A DNA stretch of 64,000 nt from Patellaria atrata CBS 101060 (taxonomy: Eukaryota): contig MU006091.1 in NCBI GenBank assembly GCA_010093705.1, forward strand, positions 310,001 through 374,000, read 5' to 3'. The notes under the pieces were generated by a model, which saw only the letters and a list, made by a program, of their open reading frames with translations, had not been told where the DNA came from and made no database searches. Positions 1 through 10,139 of the stretch are shown here, in pieces. A program made the position numbers and the translations under genes. The first letter of the stretch is position 1. Every line of letters starts with the position of its first letter.

Positions 1-923
1 TATTTGTTTAATTGTTCACTTGCGAAGAGTTTATACCGCCCAGTCCCCCTTTGTGGGGACTGTTGAGGTTTGTGGTGTGATATATGTCCCACATTTGTGC
101 AATCAGGGTCAGCCATACAAGGCAAGGCGGGCAGAGACGGGTCAATGACCACATTACGCCGTGTTTGTTTGTTATGCAAAATTTCTCTATACAGTCAGCA
201 CGGGAGAGAAAGCTGTTGGAGATCTTCTAGCTTTGCAAATCTCCCGTCTTTCTAACTTACTATCACTGCAAAACTACGTCAAATCATCTATTTACACTTC
301 AACGATGAAGTAACGACTATCTTTCAATCCGAAGATACAACCCGAAACCGAGAAATGACGAACTGTCCTCAACTAGGCAGAAGTTCTGGAATGATCAGGA
401 GAGAAACTGATAAATGCAGTGAGGTCGGAGCCTGGTGCAGGAAGTTTGTAATATGATGTCGATGATTGGTCCAACAAATTCCTGAACAATGACCTTCGAT
501 TTGCAGGATTTGATTTATCATTTCAAGCTCAGACTCTACCTCGTACAGTGCGTTTACGATTATTCTCAGAGCACATGAACTTACAGGCCTGATCGTCCAT
601 CAAACGTTGAGTGGAACTGCACCTCACCAGTCTCCTCGGATGAGAAGGGCTCAGGATCGCAGTTGGTCACTGAAAAGCTTTGGCCAGATCAAAAGCCATT
701 TCAGTATCACACAAGTAACGCAATAGGTACTCGATACAGATATGCTGTTAAGTTCTTGTACTGTACAGTCATTGGTGAAACCTTGAATTAGAAGTACTTT
801 TTACTTTTGAAGATATATCTAATATACAATGAGCAGAACAAAAAAGCAACGTCTTTAACAAAAGGGTATATAACAGGACAGGAAGTATGAATATAAGAGA
901 AAAGGTGTGACTTCTAGTCGCCA

Positions 924-3077
924 TTATGGCCCTAGCTCTGTCCCTATATGTACAGGACTCCAACCTACCCGTGACTTCGGAGGCAACGCTTCCAGAAATG
1001 AGTCGCATATATACTGAACCTGTTCCGACTTTAGGTAGGGATTCATTGGAAGGCTTAATATTCGTTCAGCTAACCAGTCGCTGTTCGCAAGTATTTGACC
1101 TTCCACGGTGTATTTCTCAAAAGCCAGATGCCGGTGTAAAGGCTTTGGATAGTATATTCCAGTCGAGATGCCTTTCAGTTCGAGTTCTTTGCGAATCTTC
1201 TCCCTCATATTCTCATTCTCGACAGTTACTGTGAACAGACCCCGGGCGTGTACATCTGTTTGGGAAATCTTCTGCACTGGGACTATTTTTTCCAGTTGGT
1301 CTTCATACATCTTTGCAACCCTCCTTCTCTCATGCAATTCTTCGTCCAGTATGGCTAACTTCGAAAGAAGTATTGCACATTGCATTGAGTCGAGACGCCC
1401 GTTAAGCCCAACCCGGATACTCATGGATCTAGCATCGTCCGTTCCGTGCCACCGTATAGATTTCCACCTTTTAAATCTTTCAAGGTCATCCGTGAATAGC
1501 GCTCCTCCATCACCGAATCCACCCAAAGATTTGGATGGGTAGAAACTAGTCGCCGTCATGTCTGCTAGAGTACCCACCCTTTGACCATTTTGCGATCCAC
1601 CAAATGACTGAGCAGCATCAGCCAAAACAATCATCTGAAACTTTCGAGCAATTCGATTGATCTCTGCGTAGTTTGCGGGCAGTCCATACAGGTCGACTGC
1701 GATTATAACTCTGGGTCTCAGTTTACCTTCGGTGACGACTCTCTGGATGGCGAGTTCGAGCGATCTGATGCAGATATTGCATGTATCTCGTTCTACGTCG
1801 ACGAAAATGGGTACCGCACCTGCTGTCAACACTGCGTTACACGTTGCGTTGTAGGTAAACGCTGGAATGAAAACAGCTTCATTTGGACCTAAATCTTCGC
1901 CCATCAGCGCTATCGTCAATGCAGTGGTCCCACTCGATACGGTCAGGGCATACTTTGCACCAGTGTATGAGGCCAACGATGCTTCCAACTCAGTCACCTC
2001 TGGACCGTTTATATATTGCATATGATCCAGGATCTTTGAGAGACTGCGTTCAATATCCGATCGCAAACGAACCGCGGGTGTTTGCATATCGAAAAGTGGT
2101 ATAGTCGTTATACCCGATTTAGGGGGCAAATAAGGGGATTGAGCCGCCTTCCCTTCTGATTTTGATGCGGCCAGAATATCCAACGTTACTTCTAGGGCAC
2201 GCCTGCCATCTTCCCCGGTGATGCAGGGCTTACCCCTCGTCCTTACGCACTGAACAAACTTGCTGAGCGCAAGGCCCAAAGGATCGTATCGGACCTTGTC
2301 CGCACCATCCATCAGGTCGCTGAATTTTGCTTTGAGAGTTATCGGCCTGGTGTCTTCGATGTAACATACCAGGAAGTCGATAAACACAACACCATTTTCG
2401 TATTGGATCAGCATGGTCCTTTCCCTCCTCTCAGCTCTTCGACTGGCAAAAAGCCGTACAGCACATTTACCAATAGAAAATGTTGCTCTAATGTCATCAT
2501 TCGAGCTACCATTGGTGCGTGGGTCTACCTCCATATTCTGAATCTGTCCGTGAGCCAATTGAAGGGCCAGATCCACGTCATGAATGAGAAGGTCCAAGGC
2601 AACATCCACGTCATTCCCACGACCCGTCCAGGTGTTTGTACGGTGACATTCAATACGAAGAGGAGTTTCATGTTTATCGAGGGACAATCGAGTGATAACG
2701 AAACGTTCCTGATGTCCAACCTGTAATATTCGACCGTTCTTTCTGGCAGCTTCCAAAATTCGGTCCGCATCCTGGAGTGTCGAGGCCAGTGGTTTTTCAA
2801 CATACACATCTATTCCCTTCTTCAGGAGATGAACCGCTACCTCTGCATGGAATGTTGCTGGTGTGGTAATCGTAACCATATCGATCTGCCCTATGAACGG
2901 GTCCAATGTTGTCTGTGCAGAACAACCAAACTCGTTTGCAAGCTGGATAGCTCTATCAAGAGCTTTGTCGACAATAATCACCAGGTCAACATCTTCCATT
3001 GCTGCGTATTTGGTTGCATGATATCTGCCAAACATCCCGGCTCCAACAACGGCGGCTCGCAGGCGACGAGTTTCCAT
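924..3077 (-). CDS. Fused Gfo/Idh/MocA NAD-dependent oxidoreductase (GnnA/WbpB-like) + DegT/DnrJ/EryC1/StrS PLP aminotransferase (GnnB/WbpE-like), intronless
   Basis: 717-aa ORF. N-half has the Rossmann motif VVGAGMFG, EKPLA, LQVGHQERF and DVALDLLIHDVDL. C-half (from about IPLFDMQ) has SSGTTAL, DAAQSFGG, SFYPSKSLGGFGDGG (PLP lysine) and GLNGRLD. Kozak-like start (caaaATGG). Confidence 0.9.
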   Translation of the reverse strand: METRRLRAAVVGAGMFGRYHATKYAAMEDVDLVIIVDKALDRAIQLANEFGCSAQTTLDPFIGQIDMVTITTPATFHAEVAVHLLKKGIDVYVEKPLASTLQDADRILEAARKNGRILQVGHQERFVITRLSLDKHETPLRIECHRTNTWTGRGNDVDVALDLLIHDVDLALQLAHGQIQNMEVDPRTNGSSNDDIRATFSIGKCAVRLFASRRAERRERTMLIQYENGVVFIDFLVCYIEDTRPITLKAKFSDLMDGADKVRYDPLGLALSKFVQCVRTRGKPCITGEDGRRALEVTLDILAASKSEGKAAQSPYLPPKSGITTIPLFDMQTPAVRLRSDIERSLSKILDHMQYINGPEVTELEASLASYTGAKYALTVSSGTTALTIALMGEDLGPNEAVFIPAFTYNATCNAVLTAGAVPIFVDVERDTCNICIRSLELAIQRVVTEGKLRPRVIIAVDLYGLPANYAEINRIARKFQMIVLADAAQSFGGSQNGQRVGTLADMTATSFYPSKSLGGFGDGGALFTDDLERFKRWKSIRWHGTDDARSMSIRVGLNGRLDSMQCAILLSKLAILDEELHERRRVAKMYEDQLEKIVPVQKISQTDVHARGLFTVTVENENMREKIRKELELKGISTGIYYPKPLHRHLAFEKYTVEGQILANSDWLAERILSLPMNPYLKSEQVQYICDSFLEALPPKSRVGWSPVHIGTELGP

Positions 3078-3550
3078 TTTGAAAGAATCCTATTGATATC
3101 AGAATTTTAATGTTACTGGACGCTCTGAGACACTCACTAAACGCACTGACATGCAGCGTTCAGTCCGAACCATTTTTCACTGAACAGGTTATGGAAAGTG
3201 TAGCGTCAGAACAGCCAATAGTCGCTTGTGCACTTCAGTTCGTGGGACACTAGTATGTCTTTCAAATAGTAACCTTACAGTCATCAAGGAATATCACAAC
3301 AAGGAAGAGATAGTCATGGACAAACGAACATCGAAAAGGGTTTCAAAGTTGTATCGATAAAAGCTTTAAATAATGATCTATTTCGCGCATTACGTTGAGA
3401 CAGCATCGTAGAGGTCATAGTCTCTGCTAGTGTTGGGAGCTGTCAAAGCAAGCGACTGGGTTCCAGATTTCTTTGAACCTTCCAACAACACATGTGAGCT
3501 TTATCTTCTCTCTTAATGCGTTGATTATACCTTGGAAAGGGCTGGTTGCG

Positions 3551-3717
3551 GAGCCACTTTCCATTTGCGCAAATCAACAGCTATTCCTCTTTGCTCAACG
3601 ATTTTTCACCACTTTTTCTACCTTCGGTCCTCCTTCTATCTATAGAAGATATATGGAGCCTCTTTCCATTTACGCTAATCAACCGCTATCTATTTTCTCG
3701 ACGATTTCTGCATCTTT
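3551..3717. repeat. Two imperfect ~65-bp direct repeats in the divergent intergenic region
   Basis: ggagccacttttccatttgcgcaaatcaacagcta... (~3551) versus ggagcctctttccatttacgctaatcaaccgcta... (~3655). Confidence 0.7.
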
Positions 3718-4044
3718 AAACCGTACTGGGCCATCCTCCCACCTATAGAAGGTCTATGGTAACATCTAACGTGAGACATTCTTTATGCTTGTAGGAATAA
3801 GTATAAGTGATAAGTATAACATATATACTAATCATTCTCAAGTTCGTTTCAAAAACATACGTACCTTAACATGAAAATCCGAATTCTACAATAAGATGGC
3901 GAGAAGATATATTTCATGAAATAGAAGAAGTAAAGAATAAGTACAGCTAAGCGAAAAGACATATCACAACTCATTCTGCCAATACGCTCCATCTTTTCCG
4001 TTTTCATTGCACCCATTTCTGTACCAGACCACCCAAACCTCAAG

Positions 4045-4872
4045 ATGTCTGCTCCGACTTCAACTCTGGTAGCACCTCCCCTTATTCACCCTACCGCCAT
4101 CATCGATCCAAGCTGCACCCTTTCCTCCAGCGTGGAAATCGGTCCTTTCTGCTTCCTCGGTCCCAACGTACACATCGGCCCCGGGAGCAAACTCGTTTCT
4201 TCAGTTACCGTCATCGGCTCCACCACCATCGGCGCAAACTGCACCATCTGGCCCTCCGCCGTTCTCGGCAGCCCAGCTCAAGTCCGCAACTTGGGCTCTA
4301 CCGGCGGTGCCCTGGTGATCGGCGACCACTGCATCATACGCGAATGCGTAACCATCGGCCTCTCCTCCCTAGGCAAGGAGAAGCCAACAAGGCTCGGGAA
4401 CAGAGTGTACATCATGACGAACGTGCACGTTGCGCACGATTGCGTGATCGGCGATGATGTGACTATCATCCACGGTGTTGGGTTAGCAGGACACGTCACG
4501 GTGGGACGGGGCGCGACTATCGCTGGCCTTACGGGCGTGCATCAAAATATTGTTATCGGGGAATTGGCGTACCTTGCAGGGGGTGCGTTTGTGGGGAGCG
4601 ATGTGTTGCCTTTCTCTCTGGTGAAGGGGAATAGAGCGCGTACGTTTGGGGTGAACGGGGTAGGATTAGTGAGGGTGGGCTGGACCGAGGAGAGGATAAA
4701 GAGGTTGGCAGAAGCGGTGGAGTGGCTGTCTAAGGACCCAAAGAATATAATGGAAATGGAACAGGAGGAAGACGGGGATATCAAGAGGGTGGTGGAATTT
4801 GCGATGGAAAGCAAGAGAGGTGTTTGTTTATGGGAAAGTGTCTCGACTAAAGGGAGTAGATTAGATTTGTGA
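4045..4872 (+). CDS. lpxA: LpxA-like acyl-[ACP]--UDP-N-acetylglucosamine acyltransferase (left-handed beta-helix plus C-terminal helical domain), intronless
   Basis: Hexapeptide repeats IHPTAIIDP and VEIGPFCFLG; HVAHDC (catalytic His); LAGHV; VHQ; LpxA-type tail DVLPFSLVKGNRARTFGVNGVGLVRVG ... EFAMESKRGV. Confidence 0.88.
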   Translation: MSAPTSTLVAPPLIHPTAIIDPSCTLSSSVEIGPFCFLGPNVHIGPGSKLVSSVTVIGSTTIGANCTIWPSAVLGSPAQVRNLGSTGGALVIGDHCIIRECVTIGLSSLGKEKPTRLGNRVYIMTNVHVAHDCVIGDDVTIIHGVGLAGHVTVGRGATIAGLTGVHQNIVIGELAYLAGGAFVGSDVLPFSLVKGNRARTFGVNGVGLVRVGWTEERIKRLAEAVEWLSKDPKNIMEMEQEEDGDIKRVVEFAMESKRGVCLWESVSTKGSRLDL

Positions 4873-5139
4873 TATCCGCGTCATACGAATGAAAATAGAA
4901 GATTCCTCGTATGTGCACTATGTACACTTTGTTTTACGTGTTAGTTATACTCGACTCACTTAGGCCCAATACTATTAATACTACTCTAACTCCTATGTTA
5001 CGGTAGAGAAAAGGCCTTGACGCCCGCTCGCTTGCAAGATAACTGGACGTACAAAACGATAAGGGGTCCCCCTACTCGCTATTTATTAAAAATAAAGGAG
5101 CAGGCATAGAAAGAAACTCGAGAGATAAATCATCGGCAG

Positions 5140-5334
5140 AAAAAAAAAATCGCAAAACAGTTCCCACCCCTCCGAAGAGGGTGTGGTACATCTGCTGCCC
5201 TCAACTTAGGGCCCAAGATATGGGGGCTTTTTGCCCCCTCGGGGAATCGACCCCGGGGTTGTCGAGATATGCCCAGTGGTAACAACCACTGGGCTACCCC
5301 GGGAGATGTTAAGTAGTTGCTGGATTATTGTTTA
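5140..5334 (-). ncRNA. Structured Pol III-type ncRNA or tRNA-derived SINE-like element, copy 1
   Basis: Minus strand has an A-box (TAGCCCAGTGG), a B-box-like GGGTCGATTCCC, several hairpins including a cUUCGg loop, and a poly-T run at the 3' end. A near-identical copy is at ~50352-50562. Confidence 0.65.
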
Positions 5335-5683
5335 TTACGTTACTAATATGAAACCTGCCGGCATGCAGCACGAGTGCCAAGGCAGTCACATGGAGAGTGA
5401 ATGGTAACTTAACTCACGTGTTAGTCATTGTATTTAAGAATGTTGACTACCTGGGGTATCACTTCGAAATATGGCTTATACAATGGTAAACTTGGTTGGC
5501 TCACCCATGAATGCAATGGTCGAAAATCGAATACTTTCTCAAATATCTACACACTAACTCATCACCCACTGTTGAAAATGCTTAAGAATAATTAAGTAAT
5601 ATGGTATTCACTGTACCTAGCTAATATTAGACCTTCTCAACATCATAGAACCACACATTAACCATCACTACACCAGCGAAATA

Positions 5684-6639
5684 ATGGTCCTCCCCAACGA
5701 GTTAGATCGCATGGAGACAAATGCCTCTAATGCATTCAATGACGACGAACCCCCAGACAAACAAATATTCTAATGGATTACCTTGTTTGAGTACACACCA
5801 GATCAAGCCCGGACAGAGATAAAGCGTCAGCATGCTCACAAGTCCAGAGCGCGAGTGTTAGACCACCTCTGGAGCTCCGTACATGAGGAATTAGAAGGAT
5901 ATGGACACGACCGCTTCTCTTTCGAGCATCAACTTGCTCTGACAGCTCAGCGCCAACGTACCGTACAATCTGCTACCAAAATCTCATGGAAACCCCACAA
6001 TGGCTCGTGGTCCTCGGGGAGACTCTTGATACCCCACAAGCGGTGCGGGCCGCTGCATCCTTAGCTCGAAGTCTAGCGGTTCTTTTGAGAGTCGATGACG
6101 AGGGGAGGGAGGTACGGTGCTGCAAGATCAGCACCTCATCCAAGACAGCGATCGAGAAGTGGTGTGCTGCCCAAGGAATCGCGAGGCCGGAATTTGCACC
6201 GTACGATGTGGCTGAGAAGGAATTCGAGGCCTATACGGTGTACCCGACTTTAGGTGTGGATACGACGATTCCGCAATTCAGGGGGACCGTTGGGGTAATG
6301 CCATCACCGATGGAGGACGAGTACCCGGTTTGATACATTTTCTATAGTAGGTTGGCGGATGAGGAGAAGTTAGATTCGCTTCTTGGATTAGAGGAAGAGC
6401 CGGTTCTTAGACAGGCTACTGTACGGGGAGGATTTCTGAAGCAGATGGGGGAGTATAAAGGGCTCTTTGACGCGCCGATGAGTGCGAGCGTAGAGGGGTT
6501 TGCTTATTGGGTGCAGTCTGAGGAACACGAGGATAGATTGAGAGATTATGAGTCGGCGGCCTATAAGGTCGTGAAGTGTATGACTGAGTTCGGAGATGGA
6601 TCTTGCACGAAGGGGTGCACATTTCGATGGGCTTCATAG
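5684..6639 (+). pseudogene. Disrupted gamma-glutamylcyclotransferase/AIG2-like fungal protein
   Basis: Motifs YPTLGVDTTIPQFR, YPV*YIFYSRLAD, YKGLFD, LRDYESAAYKVVKC and GCTFRW. In-frame TAA (~5771), a frameshift near 5985, and TGA at an expected Trp (~6331). Confidence 0.65.
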
Positions 6640-7395
6640 ATACCTTTCCAGTTACTACTGCACATACTATATTTTTAAGAACAGTACTATCAATATGATT
6701 TCTTAACAACTCATATTTACTAGGTGATCTGGAAATCACAATCTCGACTAGAAATGGACGAGGATGGCGTTGATATCTATGATGATTTACGGTACAACCT
6801 GATTAAGGTGGTGAGGTTGAGATCCTCAGCCACTCCAACTGAAATTTAGCTTTTTTCCAGCCACTGATTCAGATTTCTTGTTTCGACTTCACCCCTCATC
6901 AACATCGACTGCTATTTCGACTGCGCATACTCCAAGGGCCAACAAATGTCTAAAGAGAACTACCGCGGCCTCGACCGGAACAACCTCTGGTTACGATGGG
7001 TCTGAAGATGGTATAGTCACGGAGGGCTTCCCATCAATACTCCACTCCGTCTGCTACCCCTACCGATGATAAAGGAGCGAAGTCTTTCCTTGTGGGGAGT
7101 ATAGCTAGCCAAACCAAAATGAACGTAGTGCTCACATGGATTCCCGACTTTAACCAGAGAAAGAACTGTGATTTATCTTACGCACTTGAGGATATCAATG
7201 TAAGCTGAATGTAAGTCCATGTGTAGGACTTTTCTTCTTGCACTTACCTTCTCTTTTTCGTATCCTTTGTTACCAGTCCTACATAACTTCGATCTTTAAG
7301 AAATTCACGGTCCTTGGGTACACTATATGTGTGATGAGTTAACTTCACTTCTTCTCTTTGCGATGACCACAAAAGTGTAGTGGAGTATCGGAACG

Positions 7396-9007
7396 ATGCC
7401 CACAGAACAACCTCCTCTTCCAACGCGGCAACTCTTAATTCTTTCGATATGTCGGTTCGCCCAACCTTGTACGTCTTCAAACTCATGTTTATCTACCTTT
7501 CTGATCAGCCTTAGTCGCTTTGGGATCTATATTCCCATGTATTCCAAACTACATTGAGGATCTTGGTATTCCACAATCGAAGGTTGCGATATGGCTCGGT
7601 GCACTAGCAGCGACTTTTGCACTTTGTGAATCTATGTTCGCCATTCCATGGGCATTTTTCTCTGATTATGCTGGCCGAAAGCTGGCCATCGTTATTGGGC
7701 TTCTGATCTCCATGGTTGCAAATATTTGCTTAGGTTTCTGCACATCAATCGCTCAGTCCATGGTTTGTTTTGCCGTTGCGGGCGCCGCAAATGGGAATCT
7801 CGTTGTGATGCGTACAACCATAGCTGAGCTTGTTCTGGAGAAAGAGTTACAGTCGACAGCGTATTCGTTTCTCCCTATCTCTGCGAGCATTGCTTCGATT
7901 ATAGGACCTGTGGTAGGGGGTAATCTGGGAAAGATTGTGCCGAGCGACCACAATCTTCTTGCCCTTTTCCAAAGTCATCGGTTTGTTTTGCCTAATCTCG
8001 TCTCTGGGTTTGTGTTTCTTCCTGGAATTTTTACAGCAATATTGCTCCTCGAGGTAATCACCATTGAATGAGGTTATTGCGTATTCCGCTGAAACGTCCA
8101 GGAAACCTGCCATGATCGGAGCTTGCGTCTATTTACCACCAATGGATACGAGACCCTTGAAACCAGCGACGCAAGCAACATTAACGATAGCTATGAAGCT
8201 GACATTGCTTTGTTGAATCTTCATGAACCTACAGATGAAGAAGAGAGTCCGAAAGGAAGGACTAGACATCTCAATGATTTTGAAAACACTGAGGGTAAGA
8301 TTGTTACGGTCGACAACAAACGCCGTACATGGCAGCATTTTGCAAATATCTATATGTGGATCAATAGCCTCTCAGGCCTGCACACCACAGGATTCGATCA
8401 TCTCCTGCCTGTTTTCTTGCACTCCTCCACTGCACGGATACATTCTGGATGGAGTCTCATACAGTTTGCACATGGTTTTGGGAAAGGTGCCATTTCCCTA
8501 TTTCAACTGCATAGGCCATAACTAACAACAAGGAAAGACTCGCAGTCTATCGGCACCCTACTTGCGGGTTGCGGAATCATTCCTATACTCACGAATCTCT
8601 TTCTTTATCCTCGAGTAGCCCGTACCTATGGCCGTCTTAAGACTCTTCGATTAGGCCTTACTATTACCCCCTTCATTTACGCTACTTTTCCATTCTCAGT
8701 CGTCCCTTCACATCCAGCCGTGCAGATGATCTGTTTAATCGGTTTCTTACTCGTCAAAATAATAGTGTCAGTTTCAATCCTACAATGTTGCATGATCCTC
8801 TTAACCAATTCGGTCCCGCCAAGGGATCTCGCCTCTCTCAACGGGCTGAACTTTGCCGTTGCGTCGATTTGTCGAGGGCTCGGCTCGTTTATCAGCGGTC
8901 TGATGTTTACTTTCGGCATGAGCCATGGATATGCTATTCTACCTTATTGGGCTCTTGCCGGGTTTTCTTCTACTGTGATTATTCTTGCTTGTGGAATATC
9001 ATCTTGA
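7396..9007 (+). CDS. MFS transporter, spliced (about 3 introns)
   Basis: Exon 1 MPTEQPPLPTRQLLILSICRFAQP; MFS motif FSDYAGRK; GAANGN; GPVVGG; C-terminal ASLNG...RGLG helices. Introns at about 7470-7514, 8054-8101 and 8487-8538. Confidence 0.8.
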
Positions 9008-9920
9008 ACCTTTCTTTACTTCTAAACGCGGTAGATATCTCTTTTCACAGATACTGGACGAAGCGTGATATATACTGTTGAGTTACCTCTAAAGGTCAGT
9101 TAGGGACAAAAACACGGTATGGTGATACCTGGCTCATTTCATTTCCCCCTTACCTCTCGTAACCGAGAACCGGGGATCTAATATGGGACTCCGGAGATAA
9201 AATGAAAATGGACTCGGGAGCAGTACCTTACACAGATAGGTCTGTACGAGTTACGTATAAGGGAACACCCTCTATCAACGATTACGTTCTTCACGTACAA
9301 GCAGTCTCGAAGACCATTTTAGGAGCATGAAAGGACACAGTAATCCACGAGAACAGATTGGAAGATACTCGATATCATTCCACACGCCATCCATGACCCG
9401 ACACGGGACCATCAGAAACACAACCAACACTGGACAGGGGCACTTTCACCACCTCCTCAAGATTCCAATTCACGACACTCCTTCAGCGGAAACACAGACT
9501 TGGGTATTAAAATCTCCCTTATAACCCGTTCCTTCTAAACTATGACAATGGCTTATTACCGTACCGCACGAGGTGTTGTCAAAACCCATGGGACAGATCC
9601 GTGCCCACCTCAAAATCACACTTTTCCAACTCCAATCCAATAGCGCGAAGAGTGAGGAATAATTCAAAAATAAATAGTAAGTATTACACTCCCTATGCCC
9701 AACTACATTCGGGAAAAGTTATAGATTATTCGAATTCATCTTGTCGTCTCGAGAGAAAGATTAACTTGCCAGGTGGATTTTAGGGTGTCCTACGAATTCT
9801 GACCACATCTGGTGCCCGTAATTTTCCCCCGGTAACGACAAAATATCCCTGAGATCACTAGATTGCATTGCAATGTCCCGACGGATCCGTCTCCCCCTTC
9901 TCCTGCAGCCCCTGGCAGTA

Positions 9921-10139
9921 CTACCGCAACGCCGCGTCGCGAGCCGCGTACTGGTCTGCCGCAGGCTGAGGGGCTGGCATCCCGTTATCGACGCCATATG
10001 TCGGGCGGGGAGCGGCGGTTGTTATGATCGGGGCTGGCATGTCCATGTTGGGCGTGTAGTGGGCTGGTACAGTCGGTGAGGGGGAGGGTGTTTTCATTGC
10101 TGCGAGGCTCGCGAGCAAGGCGATGAAGGAAGGGTTCAT
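9921..10139 (-). CDS. Small secreted Pro/Thr-rich peptide precursor, family copy 1 (TAG precedes a homologous 2-Cys tail ending at 9858)
   Basis: MNPSFIALLASLAAMKTP...MPAP..TTAAPRPTYGVDNGMPAP; reading continues after TAG as YCQGLQEKGETDPSGHCNAI*. Confidence 0.55.
   Translation of the reverse strand: MNPSFIALLASLAAMKTPSPSPTVPAHYTPNMDMPAPIITTAAPRPTYGVDNGMPAPQPAADQYAARDAALR

Noticed and set aside
924..4872. Bacterial contamination as the explanation
   Set aside because: Divergent non-operon layout, Kozak-like starts, an AT-rich spacer, host-like skew in lpxA, and a flanking element shared with the clearly fungal 50-kb region argue against it. Read-level proof is still needed.
5140..5334. Canonical tRNA, 5S rRNA, U snRNA or hammerhead ribozyme
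   Set aside because: No anticodon arm or acceptor stem, no recognisable 5S or U1/U2/U5/U6 signature, and no CUGANGA/GAAA core.
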